Assembly: GCA_043228905.1 (NCBI GenBank)
Contig: JBHGNT010000009.1
Location: forward strand, 5,394,001-5,458,000
Origin: Azolla caroliniana
Lineage: Eukaryota; Plantae; Polypodiophyta
Direction: 5' to 3'
Length of the DNA: 64,000 nucleotides
Made by a program: the position numbers and the translations under genes. Positions within the stretch are counted from its first letter, which is position 1. Each line of letters opens with the position of its first letter. Shown piece by piece: positions 50,201 to 64,000 of the stretch. The notes beneath the pieces are model-generated. The model did not search any database and was not told the DNA's origin. It saw only the letters and a list, made by a program, of their open reading frames with translations.

Positions 50201-51593
50201 ATACATTCATAATTATTTTCTTGGTACAAAAATCTTTTTGTGCCATTTCTAGCTGCTTGGATAGGATCAACTAAAGATGATTTTGCGGATATTCCGCAAA
50301 CGAAAGGTGCACGATGGTTCTCCCTCTCGGAACTAAGGATTTGTACGAACAACTTTAATGTGACAAATGAAATTGGTGAGGGGGGATATGGAAAGGTACA
50401 TATTCTTCTTTGTATTCGATTTGCATAAATTTGGATACCCTCATTTTATGCATAAACAATATGCACACTTTGAGACAGGTATATAAAGGTATTCTCTCAT
50501 CGGGTGAGGAAGTGGCAATTAAAAGAGCGAGAAGTGACTCTCTACAAGGTGCCCCTGAGTTCAAGAAAGAGATAGAAGTGTTATCAAGGGTTCACCATAG
50601 AAACCTAGTGGGGCTTGTTGGATTTTGCTTTGAAAACGGTGAACAAATGCTAGTATATGAGTTCATGCCAAATGGGACATTACGAGACTACTTATCAGGT
50701 ACTTGACATTACATACGAGGAATATCACATCCAATGAACAAAAAGAGTTTATTGATTGTCCAAACATAGGTCAAAGTGGATTGCAAATGGATTGGTATAC
50801 AAGAATAAGATTTGCATTAGACTCAGCAAGGGGCATTGCCTATCTACATAATGAAGCTAATCCACCCATTATCCATAGAGACATAAAGTCCACCAACATC
50901 CTTCTCGACAAGAAATCAGTTGCTAAAGTAGCTGATTTTGGACTTTGTAAGCTTGCATCAAACGAAGATGGAGTGGTGGACGAATCCACAAATATAAGAG
51001 GAACTATGGTGAGTTATGATTGAAATTTTTAGAATGTAAACATTAATTCATATTCTATACTTTGATTTGCTCTCCTCAATGTTGATTGGCAGGGATATTT
51101 AGACCCGGAATATTTCTTGAACAACAAACTAACGGATAAAAGTGATGTGTATAGCTTTGGCGTAGTGTTGATTGAGTTGATCACAGGTAGGGCACCATTC
51201 CAAGGTGGAAGGTACATTGTCAATGAGGTGAAAACAACACTTGAAAAAGGTGGCATAAGTCAATTGATGCAAACCTTGGTGGATCATAGTCTCATAGACT
51301 ATGACCCAAAATGTTTGGAAAGACTTGTTCATATAGCACTCATTTGTGTCGAAGAAAACCCAAATAATCGATTAACTATGGTGGAGATAGTCAAGGAACT
51401 AGAGACCCTTATACAAGAAAGCCATGAAAACCAATTGGCATTGCCGCCTATCCATGAAAAGATGGATAAAGTTATGAAACCTTCTCAACTATATACCAAA
51501 GAGTTACATCATGCCACACAAAACTATGATAGCTCGTCATTTGGATATAGTGGTAGTTATCTCGACAAACCCGTACATATCGAGCCAAAATGA
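41834..51593 (+). CDS. LRR receptor-like kinase, subfamily LRR-VIII-1 (HPCA1/At1g79620-like), ~975 aa, 19 exons
   Basis: GT-AG exons: 41834-41930, 43143-43272, 46743-46814, 46888-46962, 47043-47114, 47203-47370, 47477-47551, 47679-47750, 47833-47904, 47980-48048, 48319-48393, 48497-48571, 48651-48779, 49056-49549, 49640-49789, 50253-50395, 50479-50698, 50770-51008, 51093-51593 (2928 nt, in frame). Signal peptide, LRRNT ([12 protein letters not shown]), 69-75 nt LRR exons, Cys-rich domain, TM, KGARWFS, RD kinase (GEGGYG, VAIKR, HRDIK, DFG), C-terminal YSG...EPK. Confidence 0.93.
43728..44750. mobile_element. Non-autonomous hAT-type DNA transposon (MITE) in RLK intron 2
   Basis: 16-bp TIR TAGGGATCGGCAACGG / CCGTTGCCGATCCCTA, perfect 8-bp TSD TCAGGGAT (43720-43727 / 44751-44758), subterminal AAACCG/AAACGG repeats, central GA-rich minisatellite. 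Confidence 0.93.
43934..44520. repeat. Compound (GA)n minisatellite (GGAACTACATAGAGGGGAGAGA...) inside the MITE
   Basis: Repeated ACTACA(T/C)AGAGGGG / ACAACATATAAGG units separated by GA runs. Confidence 0.9.
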
Positions 51594-54500
51594 CCAATCA
51601 TTGAATGATTTTGTAAATTAGTGTTTCTTTCATGTATAGGAATCCTAGGGAGTTTTGAAAACAATGTTAGTTCCAAGTTTTTTAGAGATTTTTTATCTTG
51701 GTATATGTACATACATGTTGAATCTTGTAATTGGAATAAATTGAACTTGTGAAAGTTCTAACAACTAGACAATATAATTTTGCACGGACCCAAATTCAAT
51801 GTGATCATTAAAAATGTGTTAGAATGAATATGTTTGACCAGTCAACATTTAGTCCAAGTCTAATTTTATAACAAATAGCTTGTATTAGTGAGGCACGAAC
51901 AAGTTTCAATCATGTTAAATATTGTCTAACCATGCATGGAGGTGGATTACCAAGAGGAGTGAGTCAACATTTAATAGAGCATGTTAACGTAATACTAAGT
52001 ATACATTTCTTTACCTATCCCTCTCCTTTTAATCACTTTTTTAAAACTTTATTTGTTTCTTAGATTGAAAACATAGTGGTTTCTTTCATAATGTTACAAA
52101 CTAGCTGCCCTTCAAATGTAAATCATTAAGACTTGGTAGAAACTAAAACCCATTGAATTTGTAGGTCAAGGGAATCATTGACAAAAGATATGTTTAGCGT
52201 AAAAATGTTGTAGCAATTAAATGGGATGAATAGATAGTTCATTTTTCTATGCTACTTTTGGTACCAAAGAAGTTGGTGTTAGGATTTTAAACAGATGTCA
52301 TGCAAAGTGTTATTTGCACTCTCAACAAGGTTCAAATATACACAACAATTCATACCTTATTCACAAGAATTGATGTCCCTTATTGTGAACCCAATTTAAG
52401 GAGCTTCTCGTAATAAAACACATTCTCTCCACAAAGCACAAAATAGGGTTCTCGTGTCTACATGTTGTGATTAGTCACGACTCTAATAGTTCTTACATTC
52501 GTAGAACATTGGTTCCATGGTACTCCTATATGTTATTATCAATAGAATTCTTTTCCTTTTTTTGTCTTCGTTTGTTTTTATACTTGGTTTTAAGGGTCTT
52601 ATTATGAATAGTTTGGTTTTGATATATTGAGTGCATTGAAGGAGTACTATAGATAGGACCATGTTAGCAAATGAAAGAATGAAACTTTCAAAAATCTCAA
52701 ACAATGATAATGTTATCTATGGTCCTCGAGAATCGGGATACTATTTATATTATCTAGATACCCATTGTATATTACCTGGCAAGGAGAAAGACTATAGATT
52801 TGAAGGCATGCTTCATAGACAATGTCTAAGCTCTCAAACATGAAGATGATTGGAGCAAAACATGTGCATATCATTAAAAAGACACACTCTATTTATTGAA
52901 AAGTTAGCCATGGCACATCATTTTCACAAGCAACAAGAGAAATGTTCATGACATATTACTTGTAAACAAATCCAACGGTATTGTATGCAGAAAGAGTTGT
53001 AACATCCAGCTTGCAAGAAAAGCATGCAATGATTACCTAGTATGGAGCTCAACTAGAGCTTGAACCTATCAAAATGTTAGGTTGGCATCTTATAGCATTA
53101 TTCCTCTCCTAAATAGGACTATCATCTATATAAATGTAAACGTAAATGTTTGAATGGCTTGAAAATTAGTTTGACTTATCCTCGAAAGCAATGTCCCTCC
53201 AGAGTCCACACTACAACTTAGTAAAGCTTTATGTTAAAATTTTAGCATGTATGGAAACATTATCTTTGTAAAATTTTCACCACATTACAACATTTTTTAA
53301 ATCTATTCATGTGAGTCTCGTGTTTTAATCAATTTAGCAAGGTTATTCTTCATGAAGAGGACCAAGAATTTTCAAGAGGCGACTCTATTTTAATGCAAGT
53401 CATCTTTTCTATATCATAAATCTATGGTGTATAAGGCCAAGAGTTAAAAGTCTTTAGTAATGCCAAGGTCACTGAGGGTTTGCATCCAATGGATGTGAAT
53501 GTGTTCTTCAATAGGACAAACACATGAGTTCATGTGCATACATAGATGAATAAGGATTTCACTAAATTTTACACTTTAACTCAACCTATGACGCATTAAA
53601 CCTATGGTTACTTGTGCACCATTCATAGATTTCATTTCACCCATACATCTTTGATTGTTTCATCTTAACTACTTATGTAATGACCTAGTGGACCACAAAC
53701 CATAGACCCAACTCAAATCTTTCAACATTCCACCAACTCTTTTCAACACCATACCACAAACATTTATTTATTCTTAAAAGGTAGTTCATGTCATATCAAT
53801 GCATCAAAGTAATGAGCTTGAGTTCAAACCCCATATGCTAGACAAGGCTTTAATTGTACTGTCGGCAATCGGCCAATAGCCTTTGTCTACATTGCTAGCG
53901 TGTATATCGTCTATTCCCCCCACTCTTAGCAAAGACATGATAGAAAATTGCTTTCTTCTGACAACCAAAAGAGACAATGCCAGTTCATTCCATTAAAGTT
54001 TAATCAGACATTCATTGACATTTGAGCATTGGAGGTAGCCATATTCAAAGATGGAAAATAGACCATCCTCACATGATTGGCCCACATGCATTACTAAAGT
54101 CATAAATGAGAATTTAATAAGATTGACTTAGATGTACTCCTCTCATGAATGCACAATGTAATCCACTTCTTGTATACTTATAAGTTGACAAGATTGCATA
54201 AATAAATGTGCTTTCTTTTAGAATTTGTGGATAGCTTCGATTTTCAAAAGACCACATATAGAGCAATACTATGTATAGGAGGTTTGGAGTAAATTAGTAT
54301 ATACACATGTTATGCAGATTTGGGGTTTCTTAAAAGGTTGTCAAATGAAAATAAAAAAAAGGAATACCCAACAAAAACCTGTATTTTTAAAAATATCATG
54401 TCCAGATAATCTCATATAGTGCGCTTTAAATGCAAAATCTTGATGTGAAAACCTCTATATAACTTGAGGCTTTGTCAGCCACAACGAGATGATTAATTTA

Positions 54501-54927
54501 GTATAGATGTCGCATTGAAGAAACACAATACACAAGGTGTGTGTACATATACAACAATTACTTATCTTGCCATAAGAAATATACCAATCAGTATACATGG
54601 AATGCATCTTTTATAGCTTACATTGAAGAAAACATATAAGCTTGATTTTCTATGCTTTTGTGTCCCCAAAACAAAATCTATGGAATTGAAGTATGTTAGA
54701 ACTAGATCATTAGTCCAAGAATCATGATTAGAACTAGATGATCACTTCATCCACACACAACTATACATTATAAAGAGAAAAGGCACATATATTTGGCCAC
54801 CTGATTTGCTTGCACTGGGTATACATAATTTCCTCAAGCCTTCATGTAGATTTGCTTGAGGATTTCTTCCACAAAAGGACTAAATATATTATATAGCAAA
54901 ATGGTAAGAAACAAATTTCTTTTTCAT

Positions 54928-57900
54928 TTAATGTCCGCTACCTTTTGTTCTTCCAAAGAACCTACTGAATCCAGAAGAACCATGCTTCTCTGCATTCTCA
55001 TTGTCTACATGCTTAGATTGCTCATGAGAGTTACCATTATTATTCTTACTTCTTAAGCTCAGAAACCTGGCGGGAGACCGCAATGGAGAGCTTAAAATCG
55101 GGTCAGAATTGGGATTTGTAATATTTTGCCCATTCTCCTGAAAATCACCATGAGTTGGCGATGGATAGCTATTGAAGCTCTTGTGGTTTTGTGTCTGCTT
55201 TCCATATGATCTTTGCCCACCTTTCTTACCTACAGGTGTACTAGGTTCTTCTTGATACCCTCCTGAATAGGGAATAGCCTTTAAAGATTTCATTCCTCCA
55301 TTATCTTGTTTATGTTTGCTCTCATCTATTGATCTATAACGTTCTCTCACATCGTCCATGCATTGCCTCTCATCTGTAGCGGAATCTTGTTCACTTGAAC
55401 TATATGTAGAGTTATTATGAGGTGAAGGTAAATCCAATATATTCTTAGAAACACCCAATGCCTTGAGCTGCTTTCCTAAATCCAATATTGTTTGTTGACA
55501 TTCTGCCAATTTCTCTGCTGCAGCAGCTATCTCTTGCTCCTGTATAAATAAGCATGATTATTTTCAATACCTATTGAATGCTTTATTTAAGGAGTTTTAC
55601 TAGGGCCAAACATTTTCCATCCATGCAAAAGAAACATATTTTTATGCATAAAATGACTATGGACCATGGTGCAGATCTAAATTATTTAAAGAAAAATCGG
55701 TAAAAGTTAAGTGGATTCTATTATACATAGATTTAACCCTAGTATATAATGCCCAGTAAAAGGAAATGGAAAGATAGTAAAGGAAATGGAAACTCTAGGT
55801 ATACCTTCTTTAACCTTGCAACTTCGTTGTCCTCTGACAATACTGAATTATTTCTTCCATGCATTCTTGTCTCCCTAGATCACCAGATTTAATACATTAT
55901 CAGGTAATGATATCAGAAATCTCAATCATGAATGCATACAATGTTACATGTAAGTTCAGCCAAAATACTAGTGAAAAAGAAAAATAGAAAGCCTAGTCAC
56001 TCTAGTGTTATTACATTTCAGTTCAGGCTAAATGCATTGTCAAGGACTGAACCAATTTCTAGCATGTAATATATATTCCTCCAGGATTACATCGAAGTTC
56101 AGTCCATATTTAAAGTTAAGGAAAAGGAAAAGAGTACATAGACAGTTCTTTGAGGGGTACATTATCAAGTAATGAAATCACAAATTCAAAGTACTTCATG
56201 AAAGTTCAGACCAAAAACAAATAAAAACAGGAAAAGGATACTTAATCCGTAACAAAACAAAGAAACAGCTAATCCATAACAAAAGAAGAAGAAATCTAAT
56301 ATCCATAATAAAAGGGAAAAAACCTGATATCCATAAAGAAGAAGAAAAACTAATACTTCACATCACAAAAACATGCACAAGGCAAAAGAAAGTATAATTA
56401 CCCTTTCTGAATGTCATACTCTCGCTTGAGTTCTAAATACTGCAAATTGGCTTCCTTTCGGCATCTAATCTCTTCATTTAGTTCTTTCTCTAAGTTTATA
56501 ACTTTCCTCTGAAGAGATTCCACATTTTCTTTTGCCATATACAGTTCAGATTCTAGTGCATTTTTGGCATATTCCACATCTCCAAGAATGGTCTCCATTG
56601 ATTGTTTTTTATCCATAGCTTCTTGGAGCTGAGCTTGCAATTCTATGGAATGTGCTTGTGAACTTACAAGTTCTTTACTTAGTTCCTGAACCCTTTGGTT
56701 TGCTTCATGTACTTGTGAACCAAGATCTGTAAGTTTTTCCATGGTAAGTTCATGGGTATGTTCTAGTTGTTCATTCACAAGCTTTAACCTTAATATCTCG
56801 CTTTCATATATGTTAGCCTTTCTTGTTTCTGCATCTAGACTCAACTTCAGCGTAGATAGTTCACATGAATTCTTTGATATGTCTTCTTCTTGAGTAGAGG
56901 ACTCAGAGAACTGGAAGCTTAGATTAGAAACTGAGCTATGGTCTTGAAGTGTTTCAATGGTTTTAGCTTCTTCGATATCACTTCCATTACCCATCATTTG
57001 AGTAGGACTACTTCTTGCACTACAAGTGATCTCAGAATCACTAGTATCAATTTGTAATTTATTATTGTTTTTGCAGTTTCTTGAAGAAGAAGAAGAAGAT
57101 GGTGATGATTTGACTTGATCTGCAAATATAAGACCAACAAGCCAATCTAGAGCTGAAGCAACCTCTGCAATAAAATCGATTATATCCACTTTTCCTTGAA
57201 CCAGACTATTACAGAGATTGATAAGACTTTCAACACAAGCATCTAAACCAGAGGTTCTCCATTGCTTCCCAGGACTATCAAAATCTCGTCCATCACCATT
57301 TTCTGTGTTATTTCCTGATATCCATCGAGAATAAGGAAAACTGTAGTCTGTTCTTCCTATACCTTCCACGATATCGAGAACTTTCCTCACAGCTGAAGCT
57401 AACTCTGCACCTGCATTACCAAACTCTATAGATGCATTTATTTGAGGTTCATCCACTATGTCTTGTGAATTGGTCCAAGAATTTAGTTTTTCTCCCTCAT
57501 TTGATGTGAAATTCTTGGTGGAAAGACAATCAATCTTGTTTATGCAATTATTACCTTCTTTTCTAATCTTGTTTCCATGATTATTATTCACTTCTTTTCC
57601 ATGTTTGTGTTCTTCATCTTTCTCACATTCAATTGCAATATTGGTTACACCCATAGACTTGCTAAGGAGAATTTTTCCATTTCCTTCTCCTTCCGCGCCA
57701 TTGAATCTCAGATCTAACAACTGCTCAAGTTGACTGATCGTGGAATCACTTACACTCTGTTTCTCCTTCAAAGCAATCAGTTGAGCTTCAGCATCAGCAA
57801 GCTTCTCTCTCAATTCTCTACATAGCTCATCCATAGACTCAGATAATACTACCACATTTCTTCCTCTTAGGCCATGTTCTTCTGTGTCTACTTGCTTCTC

Positions 57901-60189
57901 TTGGCAATCTAACAAATTATCAGAAGAAGATCTACCTTGTCTATGAGTTTTCTCTACTTGTTTGCTCCGAGGAGATGACAAAGACGCAAGTCTTTCCATC
58001 TCTGCAAAGTCATCCATCATCATTTCTAAGCTAATAGATGTCTGCAAGCTTTTCTCAGAAATGGAGCTTTTTCTATCTTTCTTGAACTGTGACAGTTCTG
58101 AAATAAGGGCGGAGGCCCATGGATCAGCACAAGCATCATTCTCTGTTCTGAATTCATCTGAAACAGAAGCCATTCGAGCTTCCATTGAAGCATGATTGAC
58201 AGGTAGTTGTTTGCTAGCAAACCTTAGCCTTGCAGATTGAAGCTCCGTGTCTTTCTTTACCAGCAATTCCCTTAAAGATTTAGCTTCTTCTTCTAGGGAC
58301 ATCACTTTATCAGAAAGAATCCTATTCTCTTCTCTTAGGCTGTCTTCAGTCATATCTGTACCAGCGCTTTCCACAGAGTGATGCGGTAGAGATATGGTGT
58401 TTCTTCTACAGGGGGATGGCCTTCTGCTCTTATCAAATATGGCCATCTCACCTTGAGTTTTCAGCGAATTAGCTGAAGAAGTTGTATTAACGGGACCTCT
58501 TTTCTTCAGCAGAAGCCTGAGTCTCTGGCATTCTTCTTCAAGCTTTGCTATCTTCTTGTTGTTTTCCGTGTTTTGTTTAGTAGCAATCTCATTTGATCTC
58601 TTTCTGTTCTCATGTTCTTCATTTTTAAGTTCAATCTCTTTACTCAGGGAGTGAAGCTCATACTTGAACCTTATATTCTCCTTCTCTACAGATGCCATGC
58701 GAGCTTGGAATTTACTATTCTCACCTTCTAGACGGGTTTTGGCTTCCATGAGTTCAGATATGGTTTTTGCTCGTTCTTGCAGAGATTTAGCCATGGCGTG
58801 ATTCTCTGCTATGGTTTCACAGATTTTATTTGCTGAATCATCCAGCTTTTCTTCTAAATCTGTGCGAATTTTCTCCCATTCTCGAGTATTTTTTAACACA
58901 GCTTCATGGATCTTATTTTCTTGCTCCTCTCTTACATGTCTTAGCTGCTTCATACATTCTTTTAAAGCTCCATCGAGATGAGATACTCTATCTTCTGTAG
59001 CTAATTTCTGCTCCATTAAAGCTTCCAGCTTTTCTTTAATCTCTGCAGCTTCCGCTTCCGCTCTCTCCCATCCTGAAAAAAACACATAGAAACATTTTAG
59101 CGTATAGCTATGACCATGATCTCATTCATGTCCAAAGATGCATCCATGCATGCAGTTAATAAATATGAAACTATGTCTGTGTGGTCTGATTTTATTAAAA
59201 AATAATGCATCAATAAGTATAAGGCTGAGTCTCAATGACCTGTTTCATATCCAAAAATTAGAGGGATAAGTATGAAGCTACGTCTCTGTGATTTGATTCA
59301 TATTTAAAACTACATCAATAAGTATGATACTATGTCTCTATGATCTGGATAGGTTGAAGCTATGTGTCTGTGATCTAATTCTATTCAAAAAATACATGCG
59401 TTTAGTTTAATAAATATGCCTTAATACCACTGTGTCGGTCCTTTCTATTTGTATGAACAAATATTTGACCAAAAACACACCTGCTATTGCATCTTCTGCA
59501 ATTTTCATGTGTTGTTTTACCAATTCATCTTTAGCATTTGATGTTTCCATTGAGGCTGGCACAGTGTCTTCTGAAGTGATCATAGGTGTTGATATAGATT
59601 GAAGATTCAAATCAGCCTGTGAGGAGTTATTCATCGTTGAAGGAGAGCCATGTGAGCTACACTGAGTAATCGTAGACGATGCTTCAGGATTCTGCTGCTG
59701 TTGCAAGATTGAGAAGAAGAAGAATGTGAATTAAATAGATTAAAGATGAGAGGAAGAAAGAAAGAAAGAACTTGGTCAGAATAACAGAGAACTAGAAGAT
59801 GGGAATTTTACAAAGCTTCTTAGATAGAGAAGAAAAGAAAGGCAGAATAAAGAGCTGGAAAAAGCAAATTTTTCCTGCAACCCTGGGGAGGAAGAACGAA
59901 CTCTTTCAGATTAATGGAGCTAGACGATGAGAATCTTGCAATGGCGGTAAGTAAGAAGAAAGAAAATAAAAAAGGAGAGACAGACACAAAGAAGAAAAGG
60001 AAGGAAGGGAAATGGGAAAAAAGAAAGAAAGAATGGCGAAGGAGAGAAAGAAACCTGTTCTAATTCAGATGTTTTTGGAGGTGAGATTTGCGATATGATT
60101 ATTTCAAAAGAGTCCTGGTGTTCCACTGTTTGTGACGATGATGGTTTATCGGGGGATTTCTTCTTCCATGGCCAGCTTTTCTTGTCCAT
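54928..60189 (-). CDS. FPP: Filament-like plant protein (FPP/DUF869 coiled-coil), ~1234 aa, 5 coding exons
   Basis: Exons 60189-60055, 59697-59481, 59072-56402, 55874-55805, 55539-54928 (3705 nt, in frame). Hallmarks MDKKSWPWKKKS, LVKQHMKIAEDAIAGWERAE, HLDGALKECMKQLR, KIAKLEEECQRLR, WASALISEL, MDDFAEMERLA, EIAAAAEKLAECQQTILDLGKQLKAL. Confidence 0.93.
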
Positions 60190-61370
60190 GACTTTTGAGC
60201 TCTCTGGGCACTTGATGCAATTTTGCCTGCATTCTTGAGATGAAATGGTGAGATTTCTTCACATCATTCAACATGCAGAACAGATGAGTGGATGTCTCTG
60301 CACGATAACAGAATTCGGCATTTTATAGTACTACAGACATGAAGGCTTGAAAAGGAAGAAGCAGAAATTAGAGATCGATCTACAAATGGCGATTTCTCCA
60401 CTCTCTTGAGATTATGAAATTATATAGAGACGAGATATTAGCTCGGGGGAAGAGAAGCAATTGGATATGGTGCAAGAAATGGCGATCTCTTTACAATTTC
60501 AAAGAATAGGGGAAGAAAGGGGGGGAAGGTAAAGAAGAAGAAGCAGAAAAGGAAGACATTCTGGACCACTTCCGTTTCCTGTCAGATCTCTGAACTGCTC
60601 GTTTTCTGTACAATTGTGTCGTACTGCTTCATTAAAACTTGAACCAAAAGCTCAAACAAGAAGAAGGGAAAAAAAAAGTTCTGTCGGAACGAGGAACCAT
60701 GGAAACCTTCAATTGTCCAACAGACTAATAAGTAGGGAATATTTCAGACGACAGAAGAGAAGTAAGAAGAAGAAGAAAAAAAAAAGTTTCGTAAAATCTT
60801 AATGAGAGAATCTATTGTTGTTCATGGAGAATTAGGGCAGCTTTATCAAAAAAATCGCCTGTATTTATAACTTGATTAGCAAACTTTTTTAGAAGCCTTT
60901 CTTTTTCATCAATCAATAGAGCAATAGAAAAGCTCAATTGCAGAAAACAGCTATGTTGGATTCAGACGACTTCAGAGACGCTATTGAGACCTCATTGCTA
61001 CCTACATAAGTGAGTTTTTCTCATCATTCTCAAAACCGGTGGAAAGTTTACAATGTTAATGCAGAAAAAATTAAGGGATGACAAACCAAAAAAAAAACTT
61101 CTTCTTCTTTTTTTTTTTGTCTAGGATACAAGAATTGAGAATCTCTGATAATAATAGAAGATTTACCTTGTTTATCGGTTGCGTGTAGTCTTAACTTGGA
61201 TTGAAACAAGTGGTATTGGATGGGTAATTAATCGGAAGGAATGGAGTTTTTGAGTAGGCGTGGGAACAGATAAGAGGATGGAAACCCTAAATTGGGAATG
61301 GAGATTATTAGGGGGTGGGGGGGGGGAGAAGATGACGAAGATGATGAAAAGGAAGGGTTTGATGATGTTT

Positions 61371-61400
61371 ATGATGATGATGATGATGATGATGATGATG
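61371..61400. repeat. (ATG)n trinucleotide microsatellite in the putative FPP 5' region
   Basis: About 10 ATG units. Confidence 0.9.
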
Positions 61401-61714
61401 TACAGAGAGAGACAGAGAGGGAGATGCGGTTCTTCAGATTAAGAGAGAGAGAGTAGAGAGAGAGTAGAGAGAGAGAGAAGGGGCATGTGAGAGGTCGCCA
61501 TAGCCGCATGACAGTAAAAGGAAAAAGAAAGTGAAACAAAAAGCGTCTCTCTCTCTCTCTCTCTCTGTGTCTGAGTGCCTTTTGGAAGATGAAGATGATG
61601 ACCCCCTATTGCCCGTCCCCATCCGGTGGCCCGGTGGCTCTCGAAACTAGCCTCTCCACATATTTCAAAAACCTCTGGTTTGGCGGGAACTTCGCCACCG
61701 CCTCCAGCCAGTCA

Positions 61715-61960
61715 CCCTTTTTTTTCCAATTCTTCATTTTCTTTTCCTTTCTCTTTTGTCTTTTTTTCCTTTTTCTTTTTCTTTTTCTTTTTCTTTTTCC
61801 TTTTTCCTTTTTCCTTTTTCTTTTTTCTTTTTTCTTTTTTCTCGATAAAACTTTTTTTGTTATTTTTCCTTCCTATTTTCTCTTTCTTTTTATGCATTTT
61901 CTTCCTTCTCGCTTCTCCATAAATCCTTTTTTTCCTTTCTTTTCTTCCCTTTTTAATTCC
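61715..61960. repeat. Polypyrimidine low-complexity tract, (TTTTTC)n-like
   Basis: T/C-rich run upstream of FPP. Confidence 0.85.
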
Positions 61961-62860
61961 ATAAATTGGCCCTTTTTTTTAAAAAAAATTTGTCTGCCTT
62001 ATTTATTGAGAGGGGAAAAAACAAAAAGCTTTTTTAATTATTCTTTATTGTATTTAGAATCTACTCAGTTGTTTTTTTCCAAAACTTTATTTTTTTTATT
62101 TTTTTCCCAAAAAAAACTCCTTTCATTACTTATAAAATTTTACAAATGAGACTATTTTTTATTTTTATTCTTTTTACTCTTTCTCTTTTTAAAATTATTT
62201 ATCGAATCAATCATACATAGGCTTCTTCATTTTATTTTTCTCCATAATCTGCTGCTTTTCTAAGCCTGGATTAGGGGGGTGGACAGAGTATCAGTGCAGT
62301 AATTAATCATTAATCCCTCGCGATCATCACGCCCTTCTTCATGTGCTTCTAAAAGGATTCATTAATTAGCGACTGCTAATTGCTAATCAGGCTCTTATTA
62401 TTCTATTAAGTCTCCCTTGCACATCTTAACTCCTCTTCTTGATTTTTCTATCCCAAAAAAATAAAAACAAAAGAGATTTCATTTGGATTCCTCAACTGTT
62501 TTTTTGGTTTCTTTAAGATACGCAGATTTGTTTGTTTGCTTGCTTTTTTTTTTGTTTTATTATTTTAAACTTTAAAATCCTGATATTTTCTTACATAGCA
62601 TTTGACTTCAATTAAAAAGAGTGGATTTACCTGCTGATTGCTTCTTCTTCTTCTTCTTTTGAATAAATTTTTTCCCTGGTCTTTTTAGTTTGATAATTTC
62701 CTCAACATAGAAATTAATTCTTTGTCCCCCTAAACATATCATTCCGGGTTTTGAGAAAGAGAGAGAGAGAGAGAGGATTTTGTCTATATGCATCTACTAC
62801 ACATTGATCGGCTAACTCATGTCAAATATGTGTATTTCATTTGATCCATCCATCCATAGA

Positions 62861-63100
62861 AGACATTCCTTCAATTCGATCCATCCGTTGAAGGTGCACA
62901 TTCATTCATTTGATTCGATCCATTCATTGAAGGGTGCACATTCATTCATTTGATTCAATCCATCCATTGAAGGGTGTGCATTCCATTCATTCGATTCGAT
63001 CCAGCCATTGAAGGTGCACATTCCATTCATTCGCTTTGATCCATCCATTGAAGGTGCACATTTCATTCCTTTGATCCGATCCATCCATTTGCAGGTGCAA
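62861..63100. repeat. 40-bp tandem repeat, ~6 copies
   Basis: Unit ~TTCATTCATTTGATTCGATCCATCCATTGAAGGGTGCACA. Confidence 0.9.
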
Positions 63101-64000
63101 GTTTCGGTCGATCAATAGAATAAAGTCAAGCAAAACACCCAATTTTCACCCGTCATTCGCAAAACACCTTTTCTTTTTGTCTCGTTCATTGCCTGATAGC
63201 CTCGGAGCATTTCAATAGAAGCCTCTCTAGCATGCCATGTTATCATAATTTTAGTTGTGTATCGACTGAGGATTGCAGGAATCGCTACTACACCCATATG
63301 ATTGCCAAGATTGAATGGTATTTTATGCTAGTTTAAAAAAGAAAAGCTCTAGTTCCAAACATTCTCTTACCACCCATGTTCTCATCTTTTGCTAGAAAAT
63401 GAGCAATGTAGCAGGTTTTATTCTCTCCAAAGCCACCCAAATTCTTAAAGGTTGGATTTCCAAGTATTTTAAAGAGCATCTATCTAACCAATAAAAAAGC
63501 CCTTCTTGTTTAAGGTGAAAGTCGAAACTTTCTCTTTTCTATCCGAATTTTACGGTACGTGGGACTAGGATTTAACAACATTTAGTTAAGGTTTTTAGTG
63601 GGACGTGCCTCTCAAAGCAAATTGTGGCTCATATCCATTTTGATTTCATGTGACGTACCGACGACTGCCCTTGAACCAAAAGTGTGGAAATGTGTTTTTC
63701 CATATTTCTTGTCCTCGTGACAAACTGCAAGCTATAAATGTCCTCAGCTCGTATAATGTATTCATGGGTAGGTACAAGTAGACTTCGCCTCTATTTGCAT
63801 GAGTATAGTGCTTGCCCCTTATTAGCCATGAGTCATAAGCATGTATTGCTTGGCTCACCATGTTGCCACAACGAAAGCTCTTGTGCACTCTTATGACATC
63901 CAAGTTTGATGTCTTCACCCAAAAAAGAAACAAACAAAAGGAAAAGACATGGAACATGCACAAATCAAATAACGTATTCTTAGGTTGGATTCACAAGTAG

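Noticed and set aside
52600-54100. Possible very old LINE remnants between the convergent genes
   Set aside because: Only vague similarity; no diagnostic motif recoverable by eye
61589-62149. Phe/Lys-rich ORFs
   Set aside because: Translation of a polypyrimidine low-complexity tract

Overview
Eukaryotic land-plant genomic DNA (probably a seed-free plant such as a fern; this is inferred from a Tcn1-like chromovirus, not proven). Bases ~1-39,500 are a stack of nested retrotransposons. They include a LINE remnant, a self-priming chromoviral Ty3/Gypsy element, one intact and very young Tnt1/Tork-like Ty1/Copia (19015-24346), a decayed relative of it, at least three copies of a second Copia family, and several solo LTRs with resolvable target-site duplications (TSDs). 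TSD and reading-frame logic indicates an ~8.8 kb inversion (~30011-38825). Bases ~41,800-60,200 hold two convergent intron-containing genes: a 19-exon LRR-VIII-1 (HPCA1-like) receptor kinase with a hAT MITE in intron 2, and a filament-like plant protein (FPP) gene. The most unusual signal is a recurring LTR architecture: an antisense tRNA-like Pol III A/B-box module in U3, followed in three solo LTRs by perfect heat-shock-element arrays just upstream of the TATA box.
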